DNA of 64,000 nt from Octopus vulgaris. Its lineage: Eukaryota. A program made the translations under genes and the position numbers. Shown here one piece after another: positions 40,121 through 52,899 of the stretch. The stretch is taken from the NCBI GenBank assembly GCA_951406725.2, contig OX597816.1, forward strand, positions 172,856,001-172,920,000. The letters run 5' to 3'. Every line of letters starts with the position of its first letter. Position 1 is the stretch's first letter. The notes under the pieces are model-generated. The model ran no database searches. It was not told the DNA's origin and saw nothing but the letters and a program-made list of their open reading frames with translations.

Positions 40121-41544
40121 CTACTTACATTTCGTTGGAGAGGTGGGGGCCGACCTCACCACACGTTTGTGGGCCCCTTCTTTCTCCTCTTTCTTCAGAT
40201 AGTCCGGCAAGTTCGCGATATGCCGGATGGCGTTTGGGTGTCTGTCTTTTAATTGTTTGAACGTTGTTTCCGCAATCCACGCGTGTCTATTTCGATCTTT
40301 GTATTTGTTGTAGTCTTGCTGACTGATGCTGAACCACAATATCGTTTATGTATTTGTCTTGTGTGTCGAATTCAATTAATATGAGTTCATTTTCTTTTTT
40401 GTCTTCTTTTTCTGGGCCAGTTGAGCGGGATTTTTTTTCCGTGTCTGTGGTGTGTCTTTGTTTTTATTATTTTTTGTAGGGGATGTGGACGGGGATGCTG
40501 CACGAATTCTTTTACGAACTGGTGTAAATCCCCCCTCTGATACCTCCATGGTATCGTCTGGGGTAGCAATAGTTTGTTCGGTAGGCGCCGAAGTTTTTAG
40601 GGGGGTGGGAGGTTTTAATAGTGTAGGGGTTTGTGAGTGCGAGGGCTGGGTTTTTTCTTTAGTCTGTTTTGGGGTTGGTACCGTAACAGCAGGAGTGGGA
40701 TTTTTTGTTTTTGTAGGGGTAGGTGTGTTTGCAAGGGTAGGGACTTTTTTATTATCTGAGGGGCCTGGTGTCTGCGGTTTCTTTTGCTTGTCTGGACAGT
40801 CTACACGAATGTGGCCCTTTTTGCCGCAGGCGTAACAGGTGGGTTTTCGGCCTTCGACCTGTAGCCTGAGGGCTACGTTCTCGCCCACGAGCACCCTCTC
40901 AGGAAGGAGCTGCAGGTCCTCCGCTGTTCCTCGAATTAATATATTAATGTTACACCCGAGCCAAAATAGAGGGGTAGAGCATGTTACTTGAAGTATTTTT
41001 ATTTTGTCCGCCCTTTTATATAACAGGGCGGCCACTACCTCTACCGGATCTACTTCCGGCGGGGCTTCTACAATCCTGACCCGGGACGTCCTGCGTCCCC
41101 TATAGCTTGGGAAAAGTACCACCTCCTTGGTTTTTAGGGGGTTCACAGAATGCCCGCGGGCCATTTCTTCCCCGAGAAGCGGACATCCACAGTGCCACAT
41201 GCCCGTCCCCTGGCGACGTACACGATGTCCTTCCAAATCGGGGACAGGCATTTCTCGATGGTGCTTTTTTCAAAGTGTTTGAACCTTCTGCTTTGTGGAC
41301 AGAAAGTTTTAAACACTACGGTCCGCTTCTCGGTCTCCACGATACTGGCGGAGGGTGATATTTTAACATCACCACCCTCCTCTTGCATTCTTTTAAATAG
41401 CTCGACGAGCTGATTGACATCGATGTCAATGTTCTTGGTAGCCACTGCGGCTACCGCAGAAAATTTTTTAACATTGCTCTCCTCAAGAGCACTACTTTCG
41501 TGAATAATTTCAACAGACATTATTCTGTTGAAATTAGACAACAC
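40121..41544 (-). pseudogene. LINE ORF1 (gag-like zinc knuckle protein), frameshifted
   Basis: CYACGKKGHIRVDC knuckle followed by a P/T/K-rich tail; split over 41143-41544, 40376-41251 and 40121-40339. Confidence 0.8.
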
Positions 41545-42621
41545 AAAAATTACGAATATTGGTTTCCCACAAAACTGGGAAACCTATAGAAAGTTTTTCT
41601 TCCAAAGTAGTTCAAAAAAGCAGTTCAAAAATTCCAATTCCCACCCCCATTCGGGGGAGGGGCACGAAAATAGTCTGGCAGGACTACATATAGTCACGTA
41701 AATAAAAAGCCACAATGGCTAACAGTTCAACGGTAAGAAATTATTCAATTATTTCCCGGTAAAACCGGAGAACAAGACAGTTCAGCAACGTTTAAAGGCA
41801 AATTTTCAGTAGTAGGAATTCAACAATTAACAACACAGCAAAACTCTTACCGGGAAGAAAACGCGTCCACACCGTAGTACGGTAAGCAAAGTCACTCTTC
41901 TGTCAGTGAGGTTAGCAAGCTACTTACCACACAGCCACTCCTGCGCCTAATGTATAGAAAAAAGAATATTAAAGGCGCAACCAAATAATATCGTGTATAA
42001 AATGTGGTTCGGTGTAGTCCTTATAAGTCCACGCTGCTATGGCGCGATCTGGCAAACATCTCTTTCTCATCAAGCCCATAGATTTGCTGGCACCTTGGAC
42101 GTTCCCATATCAGTCTTCGCTAATATTATGGTCAACATCAAGGCGGCGAGATGATCATGGCTGGAATACATTTGATAACAGGTGCTCTCTGTCAGAGCTG
42201 ACCAGAGGATAAAGAATAACAACAACAGCAATAAAAACTACGATTTTGTGTCCGTAAGTCGGGGTAAACCCTGTAAAGAGAGAGAAAGAGATTGTAAATA
42301 GCTCTAAAACTGAACCTGCCTTGTGTACAGTAAAGGGATGCTGCATAGCTTCGATAAGATAGCATTGAGTGAACGAGATTGCAGCTACGTTGAGTGCCAG
42401 AAGCAATTTTCACTACTGAGACTATTTTGAAGAACGTGATTTGCAAGAAACACAGTGAAAAGCCGGGCCAAGGATTTAAATATAGTTGCATGTGTCCAAC
42501 AGTCCACTGTCTTAATGGAAAATTTCGCTGTTTTGCAAAATAGATACACATAGATACGCGCATGAATATATATACAAGTACATACACATACATATATTAC
42601 GTACATGAAATTACATAAGGA

Positions 42622-42780
42622 ATAGCCATGGCTATGGGGTAAGAAGCTTGCTTTTCAACTACATGATACCAGATTCAGTTCCACCGCGTGACACCTTGGG
42701 CAAGTGCTTTCTACTACAGTCTCGGGCCGACCAAAGCCTTGTGAGAGGATTTGGTAGACGAAAACTGAAAGAAGCCTGCC

Positions 42781-42832
<52 letters not shown>

Positions 42833-42880
42833 TGTACTCCACCTGCCTTCGTCTTTTGTTTATTTTCGTAAACCTTCCCG

Positions 42881-42921
<41 letters not shown>

Positions 42922-43204
42922 CAAGGTGTATTCCATTAGAAACGTATTCGAATACAAAGTATGTATGTATCCGTATAGCCATATGTTTTTTCTTTGTGTC
43001 AGTGTTTGTCTCCCAATCATCGCTTGACAACCGGTGTTGATGTATTTACGCCCCCATAACTTAGCGGTTCGGCAAAAATACCGATAGAATAAGTACAAGG
43101 CTTAAAAATAAGTCCTGCGGGTCGAATCGGTCAACAAAAACACACCAAGGCGCTGCTCCAGCATGGCCGCAGTCATAATGACTGAAACAAGTATAAGAAT
43201 AAAT
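42622..43204 (+). mobile_element. Diverged SINE family A relative with a 55-bp Penelope-like insert (42828-42884) in its internal (TA)n
   Basis: Head, core and tail motifs recognisable; insert matches 16425-16482 inverted. Confidence 0.8.
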
Positions 43205-43353
43205 GAATATATACACACATACATATCTGACGGGTCTCCACACAATTTCCACCTGTGTGTGTATGTATACACGCACACACACACATGCACACACGCACGC
43301 ACGCACACACAGACACAAATACACGCACATACACACACACAATTATATATATA

Positions 43354-43416
<63 letters not shown>

Positions 43417-43690
43417 TGTGCTTTTTGATGGTGCAATGACTCATAATTTGCTCAGGTAACTATGAAATATTGGTACCGGATCTTGGGAGGGAACAAAAGT
43501 CAATTATTATCCATTGATAGATATTTCCGATCACGAAAGATCAAACAATTGGCTCCGTAACTTTAGTAGATGTGTGATATATAGAAATATTGACGATGCA
43601 CACAAACACACACTCCAACACATTCCAGACATGATACTAAGGCCTCGTCAATAAATATGTGCATATGTATATATATGTATGTATATATAC

Positions 43691-43806
<116 letters not shown>

Positions 43807-43817
43807 AGACATACAGC

Positions 43818-43877
<60 letters not shown>

Positions 43878-43900
43878 GATATAGGTATATACATTATATA

Positions 43901-44091
43901 TACTCTTTACTCTCTATTACTCTTTTACTTGTTTCAGTCATTTGACTGCGGCCATGCTGGAGCACCGCCTTTAGTCGAGCAAATCGACCCCGGGACTTAT
44001 TCTTTGTAAGCCCAGTACTTATTCTATCGGTCTCTTTTGCCGAACCGCTAAGTGACGGTTGTCAAGCAATGCTAGGGGGACAAACACACAA

Positions 44092-44156
<65 letters not shown>

Positions 44157-44322
44157 TATGACAGGCTTCTTTCAGTTTCCGTCTACCAAATCCACTCACA
44201 AGGCATTAGTCGGCCCGGGGCTATAGCAGAAGACACTTGCCCAAGATGCCACGTAGTGGGACTGAACCCGGAACCATGTGGCTGGTTAGCAAGCTACTTA
44301 CCAGACAGCCACTCTTGTGCCT
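43901..44322 (-). mobile_element. SINE family A, full length with a small internal deletion
   Basis: Reverse complement of family A, lacking GGGACGTAAACACACCAGCATC. Confidence 0.9.
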
Positions 44323-44337
44323 ATATATATATATATG

Positions 44338-44418
<81 letters not shown>

Positions 44419-44441
44419 TATATATATACATATATATATAG

Positions 44442-44473
<32 letters not shown>

Positions 44474-44534
44474 GTATATAGGTATACATATTTATGTATA
44501 TATATATATATATATATATATGCTTATGTGCATA

Positions 44535-44573
<39 letters not shown>

Positions 44574-45387
44574 GGAGCGAGAAAGAGAGAGAGAGAGGGA
44601 AAAAGAGAAAGAAAGAGGGCTAGGGAAAGGGAGAGAGAGAGAGAGAATGAGTGAGGGAGTAGGTGGAGGCGAAATAAGGTCAGTATAAATAGCACATCTA
44701 GTGCTCGAATAGATGGGAACTTGAACTCCAGCGTCCTCATCCAGGGCTGGCGCCTCAGCATCAAAATTCATCTACCTTACTTTACTACCTGTCTGTCTGT
44801 CTGTCTGTCTCTGTCTGTCTGTCTCTGTCTGTCTCTCATTCTTTCCCTACTCACATACACACATACACACACACTCACAAACACACTCACAAAGACACGC
44901 ACACACAGACGCACACACATATATATGTATGAGTGTGTGTGTGTGCTTATGTATGTAAGTATACATACACAAAAAACTCACATCCACATATCTGAGAAAA
45001 CGAGAAAGAGATTATGATTGGAAGACAGAGAGAGACAAAATTAGAGAAACGATGTGTATTTGCGCAGCCGACCCGGCAACATACTCCGTGTATCTTTAAT
45101 AATTCTCTTCTATTTTGTTACCTCACTTCCATCTTCCATCCTCCATCTTCCACTTTCCGAGTAAACATTGACATGTCAAACTGAAGTAGCGAATCACAAC
45201 ATAATGTTCAGATTATTGCTCACGATGTTAAGCGGTCTTTGTGGTGGGGAGGCAATGGGTTACGTATTGGCGCTGGGGTAGGTTGTTCTGTAAGTGGGAA
45301 GATATTGGAAGTTGGCGATGGGTTGACGATCGAAAACGAAGAGGGAGAGAGCAGAGCGAAGAGTGAAATCATGAAAGAAAGAAGCAA

Positions 45388-45421
<34 letters not shown>

Positions 45422-45807
45422 GAAAAGAGAGATGTTATCACAGTTGCCAATCTTTGTAGTCATTTGAGTAGACAGGAGAGAGGCTAGCTGACCTAAAGCC
45501 AAACACCAGAACCCTTCGTTCCGTAGGGGACATTTCTAACAAGCTGGACGGCGATAAAACGCCATGATAAATTGTTGCAAAACTCTGTTGAATGTCTCCT
45601 CTGGCCGATAGCCATAGCGGTGCCATTAACGCTACTGCACCTCCCTCATCGATGTCAATACCACCACCACCAGTACTACCACCGCTACGGTACATACTAC
45701 TAATACTAATATAACTAACACCGTTGGCAATCATAATATTTATACAAACTATCTCGAATTGTTACTTCTGTCATTATCGTTGTTGTTGACGCTGTTGTTG
45801 TTGCTTC

Positions 45808-45823
45808 TCTACTACTACTACTG

Positions 45824-45871
<48 letters not shown>

Positions 45872-45872
45872 T

Positions 45873-45906
<34 letters not shown>

Positions 45907-45914
45907 AATAATAA

Positions 45915-45945
<31 letters not shown>

Positions 45946-45998
45946 AAGAAGAAGAAGAAGAAGAAGAAGAAGAAGAAGAAGAAGAAGAAGAAGAAGAA
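45808..45998. repeat. Compound (CTA)n(TAA)n(GAA)n microsatellite
   Basis: Direct reading. Confidence 0.95.
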
Positions 45999-46130
45999 AA
46001 CCGCAACCACAGCATCACCTCACTGCTACAGTCAGCCATCACTGATATGTACTACAACCACCACTACTAATATTACTACTTTCGTTACATAAACACTGCA
46101 CCACCAACAACAGCAGCAGCAGCAGCAGTT

Positions 46131-46185
<55 letters not shown>

Positions 46186-46819
46186 CTGTACAAATATCCA
46201 TGTGAGATTGACCGTTGCTTTGGCAGGCAAAACCCTGTGTGTAAGAAATGAAGTTGTGTGTGTGTGTGTGTTTGTGTGTGTGTAAACACACGCACACATG
46301 CATGCAAGTGTGTATGCGTGTGCACATACCTCTACGTGAGGAAGTAGAGTGGAAGTTTGAGGTGGCGATAGTGTTTGGTGGTGGTGGTGGCGATGGGGTG
46401 AACGGCGACAATCCCGGTTGGCCAGAGATATTATCGACAATTAGATATAGAGCCAATTTGAGCCAAGTTCAATTGACCAGTGTCCATTCAATTGGGAAGA
46501 CTAAGCTGAGCTAAGCAAAGCCAGGGACATTAATTCTCGGTTTTGCTGAAGCAGAGAAGCAGTGAGAGATGCGAAAAGGATGTTTCGAGAAATCTCGATA
46601 CTTCTCGTGCTGTTCGGTGGGGAAACTGGGCGTCGGAGGCTGGGAGTCGGGGGTTAGGGTTAGAGGCAATCATTCCATACCAGCACTAGCATCACTACTA
46701 TTACCACAAACACCCACTATCACCACTAACAACGCTACAATCCGACATTATTTCGATTTCAACACTATAACATCCTCACTAAGATAAACAAATACCTACA
46801 TCTATACATGCACACATTG

Positions 46820-48001
46820 GCATATACATACACACATACATACATACATACATACATACATACATACATACATACATACACACACACATACATACATACA
46901 TATATACATACATACACACATACATACATACATACACACATACATACATACATACATACATACATACATACATACATACATACATGCATACATACATACA
47001 TACATACATCATACATACACACATACATACATACATACACACATACATACACACATACATACATACATACATACATACATACACACATACATACATACGT
47101 ACATACATACATACATACATACATACATCATACATACACACATACATACATACATACATACATACATACACACACACATACATACATACATACATACATA
47201 CATCATACATACATACATACATACATACATGCATGCCTACATACATACATACATACATACATACACACACACATACATACATACATACACACACATACAT
47301 ACATACATACATACATACACACACATACATACATACATACATACACACACACATACATACGTACATACATACACACATATATACATACATACATACATGC
47401 ATGCATACATACACACATACACACATACATACATACATACACACATACATACATACACACATACATACACACATACATACATACATACATACACACATAC
47501 ATACATACATACATACATACATACATACACACATACATACATACATACATACATACATACATACATACATACATCATACATACACACATACATACATACA
47601 TACATACATACATACATACACACACACATACATACATACATACATACATACATCATACATACATACATACATACATGCATGCCTACATACATACATACAT
47701 ACATACATACACACACACATACATACATACATACACACACATACATACATACATACATACATACACACACATACATACATACATACATACACACACATAC
47801 ATACGTACATACATACACACATATATACATACATACATACATGCATGCATACATACACACATACACACATACATACATCCACACATACATACATACACAC
47901 ATACATACACACATACATACATACATACATACACACATACATACATACATACATACATACATACATACATACATACATACATACATACGTACATACATAC
48001 A

Positions 48002-48033
<32 letters not shown>

Positions 48034-48099
48034 CATACATACATACATACATACATACATACATACATACATACATACATACATACATACATACATACA

Positions 48100-48130
<31 letters not shown>
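46820..48130. repeat. 1.3-kb (CATA)n array with a higher-order duplication of about 445 bp
   Basis: Variant GCATGCCTAC at 47231 and 47677; GTACATACAT at 47361 and 47805. Confidence 0.92.
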
Positions 48131-48132
<2 letters not shown>

Positions 48133-48242
48133 GTACGCTCTGACCCACGCGCTCGCATGCACGCACACACGTGCACAAACACACACGCGTATATCTATCT
48201 ATCTATCTATCTGTATGTATGTATGTGTGTGTGTGTGTATTT

Positions 48243-48282
<40 letters not shown>

Positions 48283-48427
48283 AAGTAGATAGATATATCA
48301 TATTTACGTCTATACATATAGATGTATGTGTGTGCGTTTGCTAAAACGTATACGTAAATAATTAGGTACGTTACATGTATGTATGCTTGTATGTGTGTGT
48401 ATATATATACATATACATATATATATG

Positions 48428-48458
<31 letters not shown>

Positions 48459-48508
48459 GCATGTATATATATATGTGTGTGTGTATGTATACATATACAT
48501 ATATATAT

Positions 48509-48545
<37 letters not shown>

Positions 48546-48987
48546 TGCATACATGCATATATATAAATGTGTATATATGTGTATGTTAAAAGCATATATG
48601 TTTAAGTTGTATATGTATGTGCGAATGTCCGTGTTGTGTGTATATGCATCTGCGTATGCATGTATGAATACATGTGCGTATATACTCGTGTATGTACTCT
48701 ACATGTGTATGCATTATCAATTTATCTATTGGTCTGTTTGTCGTCGTGTACAGCTGTCAAGGAATAGAAATATTGACCAAGTTGTGAGCCATATGTTTTG
48801 TATGATACTTTATTGAAGTGGACATTGGAGCGTGATTTCTTTTGATAGTTTTAAATGGACGCTCTGCTATCCTGACAATAACTATAGTGTTCTTAAATCC
48901 CGTCTCAGATACAACGGCATGAATGGTCTGTTTCAAAACGGTAGAGATTGGAAGTCAAACACTAAACGCAGTGTGTGCATCTATCTG

Positions 48988-49074
<87 letters not shown>

Positions 49075-49974
49075 GTGTGTGTATGTATATACATATATGA
49101 ATGTGAGTACGTATTAATCTTTTTTTGTCTCCCTCTGTCTCTCTCTATATAGAGAGTGTAGGTCAAAATCGCTGAAATATTTATTAGTATTATTATGTAA
49201 AAGAATAGTTCTGACTATGGAGTATCATCATAAATTAACAAGCCATGGACTTGTGTCATCAAAAATTATGTTAATTTCAATAAAGGAACAGAAAGATGCA
49301 TCCTTTCAAATTAAATTTAATATTACATTCTTTAATTTTGAAAATACTATACATATTACGTAATATATTTATGTATAATAAATATACAGGAAATACTGGT
49401 GAATACCTCAGACAGCATTCTATGCGAAATTCCGGATAACAGGATGTATAGAGAGGAAAAATCCTCCATTTCATCCAAAAATCTCTATAAACTGAAAATC
49501 CTCGAAACATCCTCTTTATGACTATAAGATATCCATTGCAGATAACAATTTGATAACTTGGATAACGGGCTTTTATCTAACAAGAGTAGTAAGACGAAAT
49601 ATAAATATGCCAAACTTTACGATGATCATATCACCACACTTCCCATGATTGTTCTGACGCATATAATTCTAAATTTAGATATAACACTCACGACAACAAT
49701 AGCAAGAGGAAAGTATGTTACTTAAGAGGAACTTTAATAACCCTCTATTCCGACTTCAAGTAATCTCCGACGACTCGGGAATCTTCTTCCGAACATTGGA
49801 AAGAAACTTTTTCTCGCTACACCTAATCTAGTTGACAATATAGTCGCTGTCGAGAATAAGTGATTTTAATTATCCTAGTGACAGATCTGACTTTAGTTCC
49901 TCCCTATGCGACATAAAAAAAGAAAAGATTTTGGTTCTGGGTTTCTTCCTAACAATAACGTTAACATTGATTTC

Positions 49975-50182
49975 AAATTCTGGCACAAGGCCAGCAATTT
50001 CGGGGGAGAGGGTAAGTCAATTCCATCGACCTCAGTACTCACCTGGTACTTATCTTGTCGACCCCGAATGGATGGAAGGCAAAGTCGATCTCGGCGGAAT
50101 ATGAAATCAGAATATGAAGACGGATGAAATATCAGTAAGCATCGTGTCCCGCGTGCTAACGATTCTGTCAGCTCGCCGCCTT
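49975..50182 (-). mobile_element. SINE family C, diverged
   Basis: Ends TCAGCTCGCCGCCTT, the reverse complement of the family C head. Confidence 0.75.
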
Positions 50183-50716
50183 AACAATAACTTTAATATT
50201 GTTACAATAGATAATGTTTCACCAGCTTGATATTAGAGTTAGAAATAGACTAATAGAGAAAATAATTCTTGTAAAATATTAGTTTACCACAATATATCCA
50301 GTCAATGCAACCACATGTGAGTAACATGAAAGGGGTAACAACACAAGATCATGAAAATACAGAAAAAAACCCACTCCTTAGTGTACACATGAGTATCTCG
50401 TGCAACATTACATAACAAAGACAACACACTGCAAACAATGACACACTTGCATTATATGGGCTTAGGAAAGGCCACAAAGCTATCCCTGGTCCAGTTACTG
50501 GACCTCCAACAAGACCATTTTGCGCAGCCAATATCTTCAGCAACTACAGGCTGGCATATTTTCCCTTAATGATCATACGCTCTCTAATAGAGATGTCTCT
50601 AGATGTCTGTGACAGCAACAAAGATCCATTTAGAAGAATCAGCTGAAACACTTCAATAACCTTACAGATTGCATCATAATTAGTATGGATGTATTGTCAT
50701 TATTTCCATCTATTGA

Positions 50717-51116
50717 TACTCTCTTTTTCACTCTTTTACTTGTTTCAGTCATTTGACTGCGGCCATGCTGGAGCACCGCCTTTAGTCGAGCAAATCGACC
50801 CCGGGACTTATTCTTTTGTAAGCCCAGTACTTATTCTATCGGTCTCTTTTGCCGAACCGCTAAGTTACGGTGACGTAAACACACCAGCATCGGTGGTCAA
50901 GCAATGCTAGGGGGACAAACACAGACACACAAACACACACACATACATATATACGACAGGCTTCTTTCAGTTTCTGTCTACCAAATCCACTCACATGGCA
51001 TTGGTCGGTCCGGGGCTATAGCAGAATACACTTGCCCAAGATGCCACGCAGTGGGACTGAACCCGGAACCATGTGGTTGGTTAGCAAGCTACTTACCACA
51101 CAGCCACTCCTGCGCC
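50717..51116 (-). mobile_element. SINE family A, full length
   Basis: Reverse complement of the family A sequence. Confidence 0.9.
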
Positions 51117-51318
51117 TATTAATTATTTATTAGAAAAATGCATGGACTTCTCGTAGGCTTGCATACAATGATGAGTACTTAGTGACGTTCTGAAAATCTT
51201 TTGCTCCGTCAGAACAGAACGGTAGTCTATCAGCGTTACATTAACAGAAAAGAAGATCCTCAAATGATTGCGAGGAAGACTGGACTAAGCCCATCCGAGC
51301 TTCAAAAAACCAAATAAG

Positions 51319-51475
51319 ATGACAGCACGTGTAGTTGGTTCTATCATAAAAACTAGAAAGTTGCATTTATTTAAATTTGATAATAAATTATATAATCAAG
51401 AGAAGGGCGATGGCATTGGTGGAGATGTAGCCAACCTGTTCATGGCATGCTGGGATAAACAACTCAAACGGTACC
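51319..51475 (+). pseudogene. Penelope-like reverse transcriptase fragment
   Basis: LFKFDNKLYNQEKGDGIGGDVANLFM matches the PLE RT pattern F.F....Y.Q..G...G...ANLFM with a deletion. Confidence 0.6.
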
Positions 51476-51535
51476 TAATAGTGACATTCATATTTCTATC
51501 AATGCACATGAAAAACATTGTAATTCAAACCACAG

Positions 51536-51665
51536 GTTGTGTGGTAAAAAGCTTGCTTCACAGCCACATGCTTTCGGGTGCAGTCCCTGTGTGTGGCACC
51601 TTGGGTCTCGGATCGACCAAACCCTTATAAGTGGACTTGCTAGACGGAAACTAAAAGAAGCCCGT
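51536..51665 (+). mobile_element. SINE family A, diverged 5' half
   Basis: TGTGTGGTAAAAAGCTTGC...TAGACGGAAACTAAAAGAAGCCCGT. Confidence 0.7.
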
Positions 51666-51686
51666 TATATATATATATATATATAT

Positions 51687-51760
<74 letters not shown>

Positions 51761-52899
51761 CGAGAGACAAATACTTCACTCACAGTATATAAAAGAACCC
51801 TGTGAACAATAAGCTCCTGCTCCATCAGAGGTCTGCTGCGTCAACAAACACAAAGACGAATATCTTTTAGTAAACCTAGCGCGAATGAAATTCGTTCGCT
51901 TTTAAGCAGCTGAAAGACATAGCGAGAAATCTAGCGCGGTCCAATAATTTGAAGACAAACTGGATCTGTTGATGATACTAGTTCATCTTTTACGGATGTA
52001 AAACCTGGTATAATAAGTTAATTATTTAAAAGTTAATCACTTTCACTCATTGGAGAGCAGCCATGGTGGTGCACTACCTCCAGGGGTTTAGTAAATCATA
52101 TTAATATCTACCTATTTCAGTCTGGTACTTATACATTGATCATGTATTGTTTATCGGCTTCGTAATTTACGAGACATAAAGAGACACAGTATAAAAACAC
52201 ATACACATTAACCGTGCAGAAGGTCATTGTATACATAAATACATACCGGATAACAAGTTCAGGTTTATACTTGTAATTATTAGAGCCCTGAGATATGTAA
52301 CACACTGCCTAAATACCAATCTTAAGAAATTAGGCTTCTCAAAACTAGAAAAGAGAAAGCTAATTCGGAAACTATCCAATTCATCACTAGAACTGTAAAA
52401 ATCTGTAAAACTTTCCAGAAGTTTAGCATTCAAATGTATATGAACATGTCTACATATGCAACTATATGCATGAGAATACATACATAAAGCAAAACATACA
52501 AATCTGCACATATACATACATACAAACAAAAATACCCTGCTGTTGATATTAAAATTCCAATGAAGGAACATTGAATCTAGGTTAGAAACCGGCTCTGTCT
52601 CTATTGGCAAGAAATCTTGAAATAATGACATACATACATACATACATACATACATACATACATACATACATACATACATACATACATACATGCATGCATG
52701 CATGCATGCGTACATACAACCAACGTATTAAATTAGAATTAAAGGCAGTAAACGAAATAGTAAACAAATATCTGAAGACTACAAAGACTCAAGTAATGAA
52801 AATAACCTATGAAACCATTATTCTTCTGATATAGTTCCCAGTTATTACATTACTAGTGCATCACAAAGAGCCGAAGCCACGCAAACGAGATTGAAGTGG

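Larger units (their letters stand above)
36477..41909 (-). mobile_element. Full-length Tx1/L1-type non-LTR retrotransposon (about 5.4 kb)
   Basis: 5' UTR, ORF1, ORF2 (APE-RT-Zn finger), 3' UTR ending AATAAA; 16-bp TSD GGTTAGCAAGCTACTT at 36461-36476 and 41910-41925. Confidence 0.93.

Noticed and set aside
46765-48292. ORFs of 300-494 aa (HTYI/MYVC)n
   Set aside because: Translation of (CATA)n
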